The position numbers and the translations under genes are program-made. Under the pieces are notes generated by a model that was given only the letters and a program-made list of their open reading frames with translations, had not been told where the DNA came from and searched no databases. From an uncultured Nitrososphaeraceae archaeon (GTDB taxonomy: Archaea > Thermoproteota > Nitrososphaeria > Nitrososphaerales > Nitrososphaeraceae), in the NCBI GenBank assembly GCA_963765895.1, contig CAVXZB010000024.1, positions 160,001 through 224,000 on the forward strand: DNA of 64,000 nt. The letters are read 5' to 3'. Positions 13,581 through 25,374 of the stretch are shown here, in pieces. Numbering within the stretch: the first letter of the stretch is position 1; each line of letters opens with the position of its first letter.

Positions 13581-13898
13581 ATGAACAAGCCTACTATAGC
13601 GGCTATTGCGGTTGCTGCAGCGCTGGCTATTTCTGTGTTTGCTTTGCCATCGATCGAGATAGCTAAAGCTCAGTACGGTTCACCAACAGGAGGCAATATT
13701 GAAGAACAGTTAAAATTAGCGAGGGAAAAAATAAATAATGCTAAAAGTGCTGGTGCTTATGGATCAGGTACCCCTATGCTCGGAACTAACGTCAATGAAA
13801 CCGTGATTTTCATTATTGTTATCGCAGTGATATTTGGTGGAGTTGCAGGAGCATTCTTCCTTATGGGTCGGAGCAAGAAGAGAGAAGTAGCAAAGTAA
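13581..13898 (+). CDS. amoZ: Probable AMO accessory subunit AmoZ (signal peptide, helical soluble part, C-terminal TM)
   Basis: Signal peptide ending AKA-QY, EEQLKLAREKI helix, GSGTP motif, TM with FGGVAGAFF; paired with an AmoY-like gene near amoAXB. Recognised from memory of the family. Confidence 0.65.
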   Translation: MNKPTIAAIAVAAALAISVFALPSIEIAKAQYGSPTGGNIEEQLKLAREKINNAKSAGAYGSGTPMLGTNVNETVIFIIVIAVIFGGVAGAFFLMGRSKKREVAK

Positions 13899-14224
13899 TC
13901 AAGGTAATTTTTTTATATCACGATTTACTTATTTTTAGAGATTTTTATACGGGAATTGATATTGTAAGTCTGCATATGGAACAGTCATATCAGCTCTTGA
14001 AGCCAGGAACTATCATTGTTTTATATTTCAAAAAAAGCAAAACAATCGCAAGATTATAGACTGTCAGAATTAATCTGAAGATATTTAGAATATGCTTTCG
14101 TAAAGTTATTAGTTTATTGTTACGAATGAAGTATATAGTTAATAAGTAAAAGTAAATGCCAGATCCATAATAGTCTATAATAGTGTGTGGGGTGGACGAC
14201 TTGGCAATCTTGAATTTAACCAAA

Positions 14225-14540
14225 ATGTATATATCGAAGACCTTATTTGCTCTATATGATAATGAGCGCTATCCTAGGCATTGTGGCAATGGTAAGTTAT
14301 GGATTCGAAAACCTGATGAAGCAGATTGGACCTGCGTATGACCCACTATTCTACGATGTAATGGTCTACATCTTCGGAACAATGCTGTTCGCAGTATTCT
14401 TGCTGAGCGTTATTGCATTTTGGTTGAGAAGAAAGGGTCTTGGTGGTGGTGCTGCAAAGGAAAAATGGACTCAAGAACTCGAAAGGTATTTTGAACGTGA
14501 ACAGATTGGTTTAATCCCAGATGAGAAACACCATTGGTAA
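14225..14540 (+). CDS. amoY: Probable AMO accessory subunit AmoY (two TM helices), one frameshift near 14245
   Basis: MYISKT-LLYMIMSAILG...PAYDPLFY...FWLRRKGLGG...; ATG at 14225 joins ORF 14247..14540 if one T is removed. Confidence 0.65.
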
Positions 14541-14838
14541 AGTATAGAACAATATCTGTCGCCTAAATTTCTTTTTCTCTACACCGTTAATTAATCAAAT
14601 TTATAGCAGACATATATCTTGCTGTAAAGGTATTTGTGAAGGCTTGTTAATGCAGACTTCTGTGCCCACAATAAAGCGATGGTCAAGACTCCTGACGCAT
14701 GCTTTTGTTATAATAATACCCCAACAATCTGCGATAATGCTTTGGTGACTAATCCATATTGGAGTTAGATTCGTGGTGTTGCTACTAGTAGAAATTTTAT
14801 AAATGAATACCTAAGGGGCTAAACTCAGATTTGCGACA

Positions 14839-15720
14839 TTAAAATCGTCTTATATTCTTATCTCTTAGCCTTTCCGGATGATGTTTCAATTCATTAATTA
14901 AAGCTAATAGCCTATCCCTATCTTGTGGGATAGTGCCGCCAATGGAATAGATGTTTGAAGCATGATTTGCTCGAAACAACATCGGATCTATCGGGGTCAG
15001 TTCTCTAATAAGAGATTCCAATTCCTGCAATACATCCAAATCGTCTAATGGATCAAATATATCAGAATACTTGGTCATGAACTCATCGTAAACGCCAGTC
15101 TCTAACCGTAAAGTCAACGCAGCCAAATAATGAGGAGAAATCTTGCTGACTATTCTTGCAGTATCTATTATGTGTTGACGAGAATATTTCTTGCCACCAA
15201 TCCCTAAAATTATCATGCATGACAGAGTGAATCCATGCTCCTTTGCTTTCTTACAACTTTGAACTATGCCATTTTGACTGGCACCCTTAGTTATCTTCCT
15301 CAAGACAACGTCATTCCCACTTTCAATACCAACATAGAGCATTGTCAAGCCGGCTTCTCTAAGCAAATGCAAGTCGGTATCCTTTTTCTGTATCAGATTC
15401 TTAGGCATCGCGTAACATGAAACCCTTTCAAGGTTTTTGAATTTCAAATATAGATACTCTAAAATTTGTTGCAAGATGTTTGTTCGAAGGTTGAGGGCAT
15501 CTCCGTCTGCCAAAAAAATTCGCCTAGTCGATGGCAACTCGGCTGCAATAAGATCTATTTCCTTTTTTAATTCATCTAACGGTCGTTCCGCATATTGCTT
15601 TGTCCTATACATATTGCAGAAGGAGCACTTGTTATACGAACAACCAATTGTAACTTGAAATATCACTGAGTTAGATTCAGACGGGGGCCTGTACAAGGGA
15701 TAATCATAAACAATTTGCAT
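14839..15720 (-). CDS. Radical SAM protein
   Basis: YRPPSE, CSYNKCSFC (CxxxCxxC), FLADGDAL, GIESG, FRANHASN. Confidence 0.9.
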   Translation of the reverse strand: MQIVYDYPLYRPPSESNSVIFQVTIGCSYNKCSFCNMYRTKQYAERPLDELKKEIDLIAAELPSTRRIFLADGDALNLRTNILQQILEYLYLKFKNLERVSCYAMPKNLIQKKDTDLHLLREAGLTMLYVGIESGNDVVLRKITKGASQNGIVQSCKKAKEHGFTLSCMIILGIGGKKYSRQHIIDTARIVSKISPHYLAALTLRLETGVYDEFMTKYSDIFDPLDDLDVLQELESLIRELTPIDPMLFRANHASNIYSIGGTIPQDRDRLLALINELKHHPERLRDKNIRRF

Positions 15721-16555
15721 ACAAAATATAATTATCATCGACTTTATATTAAAATATGTTTAAGACTATGAATTGGTCTTCTGTGTTTCACATGTTCAGG
15801 ATTAGAGGAGGAGAACCTCCTGGTCAATATTTTCTTAAAGGAAAACAAACACGTAAAGATTCTTGTCAACAATTTAGTTCTGTACCTAAAAAAGGTCGGT
15901 TCGTCGCGAGGTCTTCATAGTTTTAAACTCAGATTGGAGCAGCGAATATTACCTCATCCCCTTACAATTAGCCTAATTACGATATATAGACGTATCGAGA
16001 GTTCCTAAATCCGTACAAAGTTGGCATGTGCGACCTAATCTAGATACATTATCACAACATATAACGTTTGGTCGGACTATGGCAAAATAATTAATTTATC
16101 AATGTTATTTTCATAGCATACAGGACAGAGCCAGAACAACAGAACTTGGTACAACTTTCAATTCGTCGGCGGTGAATGACAATGTTCCGCTGCATTTCTT
16201 TCTTCTGCAGGCTATTGTTACTGCCAATGGCTGGATCACGGCACGAATTTCTATTTGTCTTACTTTATCTACAATATGTTCAATGAATTGAATTCTACTT
16301 AATGATATTTAGCCATTCCCTAATACATTATGCCTAAGAGCTACAAAACGTTAGCCAGCTATACAAGCCTAGCCCAAATGTGTTGGACAAGTATTATAAA
16401 ACCATAAGCGGCTAAAGGAAATAATATTGTATAGTTATTTTTAGACCGAGGTTTATCCCATAAATCGCTTGGAGTGTTGCATTATTGCCACGCGGAGGTC
16501 GCTGTATGATGATCAAGCCTATATATCTTTTCGGCATATCACCATTGAATCAATT

Positions 16556-16936
16556 TTGAATAAGAAGGCAATCGTATTTGCCTCCATAAGCGCGGCAATT
16601 GCTGTAATTTCAGTAATGCTGCTAATATCTATATTCTCCCCTGCAACGAAGAATTTTGGTCTTGACGTAGATCCGATTAAAGATAATCAGAATCTCTTTA
16701 ATACGGCTAGGGTAACAGTTACAAATACTGGAAAATTAACTCTGGATAACGTTACGGTAATATACGATAATAAATCAACAGAGAGAATAAATTCACTTCC
16801 TCCAGGACAGAAGATAATGCTTTCGCCTCCAGATAACTCATCTTTAATGTCAGTGACTGTCATTGCCGATCATGGATTGAAGGTAACCCGAGCATATAGG
16901 ACCCCAATGAAAATACCGGGAATGATGGGCTCTTGA
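16556..16936 (+). CDS. Membrane-anchored Ig-like (CARDB-like) protein
   Basis: N-terminal TM helix, VTNTGKLTLDNVTV beta-sandwich signature. Confidence 0.65.
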   Translation: MNKKAIVFASISAAIAVISVMLLISIFSPATKNFGLDVDPIKDNQNLFNTARVTVTNTGKLTLDNVTVIYDNKSTERINSLPPGQKIMLSPPDNSSLMSVTVIADHGLKVTRAYRTPMKIPGMMGS

Positions 16937-17486
16937 TTGACATTATATTAAGATATTATTGAGCCTAGTTTCAATATGTTGATAGGCATATGATAAGTGG
17001 ATTAGACATTATTACTTAATGAGTCAGGTTAAAATAGGAACGAGTTGAATTCAATTCCATTCTTTTGACATATGAATAGTATGACATCAAGTCAAACGTA
17101 GCTGTTGAATTTAACAGAGTAAGATGCTACTTCGCCATAAGTAGAGAGAATCGACAATTAAGATTAAGAATGCTCAATATTAACAGACCTAAAATTGCTA
17201 TACGGAATAAGATCCTGTAGAAATCAATCGTCGATATTCTGCTCATTTAAGAGGTCTAGAGTAATCGATGGAAAATTACCACAGGATTCTATTGCTACGG
17301 AAAGGATTGAGATTTTGATATATATATATATTATTATCGAATATGTGAGTAGATAATCTTCCAAACCTGTCGGAAAAGTCTCATATGGCAAAAGAGTGAC
17401 CCGGAGCGAAAACCAAAGCTGAACCATATACGTATGGGATATATTCTTAAATTTTGAAGTCTATACAATAAGATGTGGTAGCTAGA

Positions 17487-17863
17487 ATGCTAGTTGAGCA
17501 CATAAAACATACACATTCAGCCGAAATGAACCTTCAACCTCCCAATGAGAAAAAGACTTTATAGGACTTATCCCCAAATGCTCTAATCGTCTGAATGATT
17601 GTAATTGTCTAGCATTTCCTCTTACGATTAAATGGTTCAGATGGTATGTAGAAATTAGGAATTCGTCTAGGTGCATAGTAGGCGAAGCTTATGGATATTC
17701 TTCATCATATTTGAACACATGCACGGAATGCAGCAGGATATGTGTCAGATTTATTAATTTTTTTATGACTCATTCATACTCTGGGTTAGAAAGAAACGCC
17801 AGCTTATTTGTAAAACATTGGAATGAAAGACATTTGCATGCAGGAAGACATAAATTATTTTAG
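17487..17863 (+). CDS. Cys/His-containing hypothetical protein, frameshift near 17560; absent from the ORF track
   Basis: About 105 open codons ...RCIVGEAYGYSSSYLNTCTECSRIC...FVKHWNERH; joins ATG 17487 with one indel. Confidence 0.55.
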
Positions 17864-18839
17864 ATTCATCAATTCTCTCTGTATGCGTTGGTGCGCACAA
17901 AGAATTCGACTAATTTAGACAGATTGTATGTCGTAAAGTATAAGGTCTCTGAGTTAGACCATAATCAGTTAATCGGCATTAGTATTTTGAGCCGTTTTAA
18001 TTGGTAGCTTTCGCTACCCTCATGATATAATTGTGCAGATCATGTTCGTCACATTTTTGCATATTGTCTTGCGGTTTGAGCTCAAGTCGATCTATTTCCA
18101 AACAGAGCAGTGTGATCGAAGCGCTTACAATAGGGTTATTCTTTGTGAAAATTGCCCCGAGAGGATTTTACCCTAGATAGTTAGAATACTTAACACAAGA
18201 GGTCATCGATACTGCTCAGTTTGATGAGTTCCTGAGATCATTTCATCCAATTAATCGTAATGACACTCATCTCAATTGGGAATGCCTAAATGAATCAAGA
18301 AGGTTTTCTTTTTATTGTTCCAATCTAAAAACAAATCCACATTGAACAATTCACCATGATTAAATTTAGAATAGGATTAAAGTAATTTAGGTCAAGTTTG
18401 TCCATATGGTTTGACAAATTGCATTATATAGACGAATTTTCTTGATATTGCATTCTATTATAGTTTACTAACAGGCGTAAGCTTATTTCAAAATTTCCCA
18501 TTTGAGAAAAGTTCGTATCTTGTTAATACTACAATATAGCATACAAAGCTTCACAGCGCTTTGATAAGTCTGTCCCCAAGAAGATGTTCTTTCCACCTAA
18601 ACTTTGTGTGGTCGATAACATATTTTTAATGAAAGATTATGTTTGTATGAAAGCTGTAACTAAAACTTGAACTGCAAATCTGGTAAACGAGATTGGAACA
18701 TTATCTTTCATCCATAACTTGAGCCTTTCTTATACGCCGTCAGAAGGAGTTCGCGTTCTCAATCTCGATGCGGGACATCTAGACAGGAGACATGCATCAG
18801 TGATAAATTCAGTAATGCATTGATTAATTACCAAATAAC

Positions 18840-21421
18840 TTAGACTATGGCAAAAAAAGTTTCCTTGTAGTAACCAATACTTTCATGCCGAGTTACGGTT
18901 TGTCTTTGAAATATCCTAATTATTAGCGACCGTATCCTGCTTACACCCGGAATAGAAAAGCTTTTCGCAATAATCGTTGGGCAATTAAGCTTATCCAGCA
19001 TTGAAATAAAATGTTGATTACTAAAAAGATCGTATTTCCCAATGCTAGCACCCGTTACTAATAAATCAGCTTGAGAGGCGTTTATCGCAGAAAGTAGCAG
19101 TCTCGCGAACTGTTGGCTATTACTATCCGTCCTTTTCGACAAATAGATTTCGTTAAATTCTACTCCAATCTGTTCGAGATACTGTCTATGCTGATCTCGT
19201 TCTGTCAAAATATTTTCTATCTCATCTTTTCTGAATTCTGGTCCCTCTCGAATTCCATTGTATCGTTCTTCAAAATTACTATTCCTCGTACTGCTGTTCT
19301 TGTCGTTACTATGACTCTCTCCTTCCTCCCGTTTTTCTACAGATAACACGCTCACTTTGAACTTGCCAGAATGCTCAAGCCAACTAGCTGTCTTCAATAC
19401 TATATCGGAGTGGTTTTCGCTATCATACAAGACTACCAAATTTTTCTTGGTGGCCTGGGAAGCGACCACACTTTGCTGGTCTTCCTTCTCACGTGATCCC
19501 GGTTGCCTTGCCCCTAATTGCGGCTCAATGAAACGAGGCTCCTCAAGTACAAGGTCTTCATCACTAGTCCCGCCAGTCAGGATAGCCAATACATTGCAGG
19601 TTACTAGTGTTTGAAGGGCTTTATTGTTACGGTAGGTTTCAAAGTCCGTGATCATGAGATCGATCCCTTGCTCCTCGATTGTTGCTAATATCGCTTCCGT
19701 AGTGTCATGTGATATCCTTACAAGATAATGATTTAGAATGTTCTCTCTTTCTATCATAGTTTCCAACGGTTCGAAGGCTCTTCTTGCGGACTCTGTGAAC
19801 GCAACTCCTGCTGAAAGTGGCGTCTGGTGCGGAACTGTAATAATCCGCAAAATATTGATTTCACCCTCGTTCTCCTTCGCAACTCTTATTGCATATTTTA
19901 TCAGTCTATCTGGATTCTCAGGGGTGTAAGGGATCAAAATCCGAAAATCTTTCCTAGTAAGGTCACCCTCACTTGTAATTAACGGCGCATAGTGATCTAT
20001 CTCTCTCCTAAAAGTGTATATCCTATATAAGAAAAAGCCTACAGCAATCCACAATAGACTGATGACCCAGCTCATAGGCTGCGTAATTAACAGATAAATA
20101 GCAAGGCCTAGCTTTAAAAAAACCCCGATAATTGGAATAATGGGAAAGAATGGAGTCTTGAATCCATAATCTAACTTATCTCCATACATTTTTCTGATCG
20201 TGATAACTGAAATGTTTACTTGGGTAAAAAGCAGTAAAAAAATCACCCCTGATGCAATTGCAATTTGTGTAAGTGGAAGAGAATATGCCATAATGGCCAT
20301 TATTACTCCTGAAATTACTGTGGCGATATAAGGCGTTTTGAACTTGCTATGTATAGTGCTAAGCTGATGTGGGAGATTGTAATGCCTACCCATTGCAAAC
20401 GCAACCCTAGAAGAAGAGTATGTAGTGGCATTCAACGCAGCCAGACTTGATACAATGCCGCCTGCTAGAATAATGAAAGAGCCATAGGGTAAGAATAGTT
20501 GTGAGCCCTCATGATTCCTAGATCCCCATTTTCACCTATGAATTGCCATGGAGTATTGGCGGTTCCAATATTCTTGTGAAATATAGCTCCGACAGAGACA
20601 AACGCAACCAAACAATAAAGCAATACTACAAGTGTCAGAGAAATGAAAACTGCTCTAGGAATATTTTTTTTAGGATTTTTCACTTCTTCTCCTGTCTGAA
20701 CGATAATTTCATATCCTTCAAACGCAATAAATGTCAGACCCATTGCGGCTACTATGCCTCCTATGCCGTTAGCGGCGAAATTGGATGTAAAATTTGTATA
20801 CCAATCCGGATTGCCTTGCATAGTTAGTATACCAGCACCTATTAGGGCAAAAATAGTTCCGAGTTGAATAATCGTAATAATTATTCCTGCCTTTCCTGCC
20901 TCAGAAACGCCTTTGACATTAATATAAGTGAACGCAGCAATAGATAAAACAGCAATAAGTTTATCTATGGGAATTATGCCAAAAAGCGGATCATTACCTA
21001 CTACGCCTAACATCTTTAATAAGCTGTACTGAAATGAACCATATCCTACTGCATATAAGCTGCCAGCGACGATATGGGCAAACCATGCCATCCATCCGCT
21101 TATAAAGGCGTTAGGTCTGGGCAAACCTTCTCTAACCCACAGATATCCTCCCCCTGCTTCCGGCATAGCTGAACCCAACTCCGCATAGCCCATTGCCGTA
21201 AAAAGGGTGATAATTCCATTGATTACGAACGCTATAATTACTGCGCTTCCTGCCAGGCCTATAGCCGGGCCAACTAACACAAAAATTGCTCCACCAATCA
21301 TCCCCGCTATGCCGATCATAATAACATCCACCAAACCCAATGTACGGACCAAATGATGTTGTTGTGGATTTTCAGACGTCGAGGATCTATCGCCATCGCC
21401 GGTATAATGACGGAAAGCCAA
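18840..21421 (-). CDS. APC-family amino acid permease fused to C-terminal Usp-like domains, frameshift near 20503
   Basis: GMIGGAIF, YAELGSAMPEAGGGY, FEGYE, EEVKNPKKNIP; restoring one base gives GIMRAAQLFLPYG...LNATTYSSSRVAFAMGR joining both ORFs; tail with EAILATIEEQGIDLM (Usp-like). Confidence 0.9.
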
Positions 21422-21617
21422 TAGTACAGTTACTCATTTTGGTTGTAATCTATTAAAGGTTTGTATTTGTAATCAAGATGAATAAGTCTAAATAATTTTA
21501 TAAATAGACAGAACATAATAATAGCCTTTATACCAAGATAATTTGGGTGCTACGATCACTACGATATAAAACATTCTTATAACAAGCATTGAATACACTA
21601 TTAATTCTGGGAGATCA

Positions 21618-21836
21618 TTGTCAAGTGTCACTACAAGGATCACTTATGAAACTATAAGTGAAGGTTTATTGATCAGATGTTTAGATTGCGGTAAAGTGAT
21701 ATGCACATCCGAGACTAACCGCACAGAACTATGTGACGTATGTGCAGGTATACGAAAACGTACTTTCTGGGCCTCCTTTATGATGCTGATGAGAAATAAG
21801 TCTAACGGTTCTGGCAATAATGAAGGAGATAAGTAG
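21618..21836 (+). CDS. Small Zn-finger protein
   Basis: CLDC-x14-CDVC in a 72-aa ORF. Confidence 0.45.
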   Translation: MSSVTTRITYETISEGLLIRCLDCGKVICTSETNRTELCDVCAGIRKRTFWASFMMLMRNKSNGSGNNEGDK

Positions 21837-22308
21837 AGCAATTTGGATTCTTTATTATATCAGCCGATGTTAGATCGGGTCGAAAAAAGTTGTGTAAATG
21901 CGTTGTTATGCACACAAAACTTAAACTAACGGAGTCGTTACATATTCAAGTTTCATATTTCTGAAGTTTTCCGATGAATAGTCACCAATTCATCGACTAC
22001 AAATTAAGATACCTATTATAATCCCTCTATAGCGATGTTACAATCCAAGGTTAGTCAATTTTCAACTATTATATCATAATATGGTTTCGATAGGTAAATA
22101 TTCATCACCGACCAACTGTTGTCAACATAGATCGTATTTTTTCGGAGGTCGATATAAAGACCCCATATCATGATCACTTGACAAATAAGGCATATGTTCC
22201 TACGCAGAAGTATCATCTATCTTCTGCCATTATTCAATTTATATCAGGAAATCGGCCAGTCAGAGTCTGTTTTCAATAACATGATTCTATAAGGAATCTA
22301 TTCTGTTG

Positions 22309-23581
22309 CTATTCCCATATTTTCTCATGAAAGGTGAGTTTCTTGTTCAGCAAGAAATTATTAGCTGATGCAAGAGCAACTGCAAAAATCAATGAGAGCC
22401 CGAATTGGAGGTCAGATTGTACAAACATGTAGAGTAGTCCCAATTGAAGGGCTGCACCGAAAGGTACTAATTAGAACAAATAAGCCATATTGATGTATAG
22501 TCGATCTAATTGGAAACTTCTTATCTTCGAATGTCCAAATTTTATTAAAAATAAAGTTGGTCGTTACCGAACATGCAATTCCTATAATGGTCGCATGGAT
22601 ATACCACATGTTGGCTATAGTGTTTGAAAGAATATAGGATATCAAGAAATTTAATGCCAGACCGCTTGCACCAACGGTGTAGAATCGACCGATTTTAGAT
22701 AAGAATCGAACCGAACTGCGCTTTTCAGCTTCTGTTTTCCGTTTGTTCCGAGTTTTTTGGCCATAACGATACAATCGCCAAACTGACCGTATGTAATCAA
22801 GTACAACAGTAATGTCAAGTTTACTTGTTCCAGATTTTCTATTGACAAAGGTATAGGGGATTTCCTTAACCTTCATTCCCTTGACTTTTACCAGTATTTC
22901 TAATAGAATTTTATAACCCGCGCTATCTATGTTAACGTTCTCAATAACATTGCGAGAGATTGCAAAGAAGCCAGAAATAGGATCGTTAATATTCTGTACC
23001 CTCAAGCTATGCTGGGCAATTTTTACAGCACTACTACTTAGAAGGCGTCTTTTGTACGGCCAGCCCCTGATTGAGCTTCCAAGAACATATCGTGAAGCAA
23101 CTACTATCGAATCTGGATCTATAATTAGTTCATGAATTAATATCGGGATAGTTTCCGGAGGATGTGAAAAATCTGCATCCATAATCAAAACGTATTTTCC
23201 TGCTGATAATGCTATTCCGTTAAGAATGGCTGGTATAAGTCCGAATTTGTTTTTTCTATGTATTATCTTAATTTGAAATGTAGTACTTTTTAAATCATTT
23301 ACATTATTACCCACAAATTTAACAGGGGTATTCAGTTGCAAGCCATTTAATGATGTAGAATTTTCAAGAGTCCGAATATAATCCTCGACAATTATACCAG
23401 TACCATCAGGTGAATTATCATCGACGATGATGATTTCCGTAACGATATTGTCTGGAAGGTTAGCTTTTATCGCATTAATTAATTTCAAAATATTTTCTGA
23501 TTCATTATACGTAGGAATAATGATGGATACATCAATTTCTCTGAGCTTTGAGATTAATTCTCCTCCATGAAACAATTGCAA
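22309..23581 (-). CDS. GT2 polyprenol-phosphate mannosyltransferase (DPM1-like) with C-terminal GtrA domain, frameshift near 22461
   Basis: IIIPTYNE, VDDNSPDGT, MDADFSHPPE, DPISGFF, GYKILLE; GtrA part NFIFNKIWTF and, after the shift, NFLLNKKLTF. Confidence 0.9.
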
Positions 23582-24639
23582 TGAATTGGGATAGATACCA
23601 AAGCTTCCATTTATTAATATTTGTAAGTAAATATCGACTAAAGGTCCACTTCAAACGTCGTAGATAGAGATAGTTAAATTATTTTGTAATCTCAAATATT
23701 AAGATGCGTGAAATATCTGTTGTTCTAAGAAATGACAATCCAGAAGCAGGCATTGCCAGTATATGTTTCAAGAATTTTTCAGTTCTTATCTTTTACTGAG
23801 GATTACGATAATCGAATATTAAAACAGGAAACTCGTTAGATAATGTAGGGTTGCTGTAAAATAATGGACTGACACATGAACCTTTGATGGATCAGCGTAT
23901 TACTTATCAAAATTACGAATATATGAGATCATCAAAGGGATAAAATAAGCTAATAGCAGTTGATAGTTGATAGTATTAGTACCTACAGATGATCAACATT
24001 TAACGTACATCCTGATATGCCATATCACTAGATTAGTATCAATGATTCATTAAAAATCAAACAAAAATTGATAAATAGTGAGTTCATACCCACTTCTATC
24101 GAATGTATTTCTTAAGAGTGGCAGCTTCAATTGTATTTTTATGTAACAATCCCCAAACTGGGTGCGACTGTTTTTGGCTAAAAATATATGCTGCTATTAA
24201 TGATAAATCGTATTAAAAATCAAAGTAATCACGTGAGCTGGATATCTCGATCCAGACTGGTTGCTTCCTGCATAAACGTTTCCGCATATTTCTATCATAT
24301 ATAGAATAATATGTGTCTTGCCAACTTCTATATCGACTCGATGCTAGATTAGTTGATTAATATAGAGATGTACGATAGAGCAATAGGAGGACGGTATAGG
24401 TCATTAATCATATTGCGCAATTAGTTATTCTCGTTTCCATGATCTAGAAACATATAAGCATTTTATGGAAGCACTATGGAAATAGTAGTGCATATTTAAT
24501 TTATCATCTTATGAATCATACTCAGTTTTAGTCTGTACACCAGTTCTAAGTTAGTCACAATATTGTAAAATTGGTCAGCATATTTTAACGATAGAAGATG
24601 CATCTTCGTGGCCTATATTACCATAAGCTTATGTAATTA

Positions 24640-25083
24640 TTATTCTGCACCTAGTAACCCCAATAGATCGAATTCCTCTGAGGGTTTTGACTTAATTTCA
24701 GCAATTGAAATCAAATGTCCATCAGGATCTTTGACTATCGCATGTTTACCGAATGATTCATTTTTAGGATTTTTGAAAAATTCAACCTTATTTTCTTTTA
24801 ATATTTTTGCGGTTGCATCTAGATCGCTAACCATGAAACCTACTAAAGTAGCCATCCCAGTCTTGATTTCTTTATGAGCGGACTCACTACTGCCCTTTTT
24901 TATAGGATGAAGAGCCAATGTTGTTTCCCTGTTAAAGAATTCTACCCAATCCGCAGACTTGGTCTTGATTGGAAGGCCAAGGACTTCTTCGTAGAACTTT
25001 ATAGACCTATCAATATCCGACACTAATAAAATTACTGTACCTACCTTTGTGAATAGCAAGTTACTACGAGTTCTCTCGCTCAT
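24640..25083 (-). CDS. VOC/glyoxalase family protein
   Basis: LLVSDIDRSIKFYEEVLGL, FMVSDLD, KDPDGHLISI. Confidence 0.9.
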   Translation of the reverse strand: MSERTRSNLLFTKVGTVILLVSDIDRSIKFYEEVLGLPIKTKSADWVEFFNRETTLALHPIKKGSSESAHKEIKTGMATLVGFMVSDLDATAKILKENKVEFFKNPKNESFGKHAIVKDPDGHLISIAEIKSKPSEEFDLLGLLGAE

Positions 25084-25374
25084 TCTCCCTTACACGACCA
25101 CTATGTGGGTTGTAAGTGGCCCAAGTTAAGAATGTTCCTATTGTGATGTAATGATGGTCTAACTGGTAGAGAACAAAATAGCTCTGGGTTTTCGATCAGT
25201 AGATAGCTTGAATACCGTATAGACTGTAGTATTAAAACAAGAAGCAGCGATCGATGAGAAAGGTCTACGATGTTATGTTCTAAGGAGAGTCCGAGTATAC
25301 CTGCAGTTGCGAAGGCTTACAATATTATCTAACACAAAAGCTGCTTTATATCTGAGAATGATTAGAACCCTGCA

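Noticed and set aside
23600-24600. 1-kb non-coding gap as an origin or ncRNA locus
   Set aside because: No ORB-like repeats, no strong hairpins and no cdc6 nearby could be found by eye
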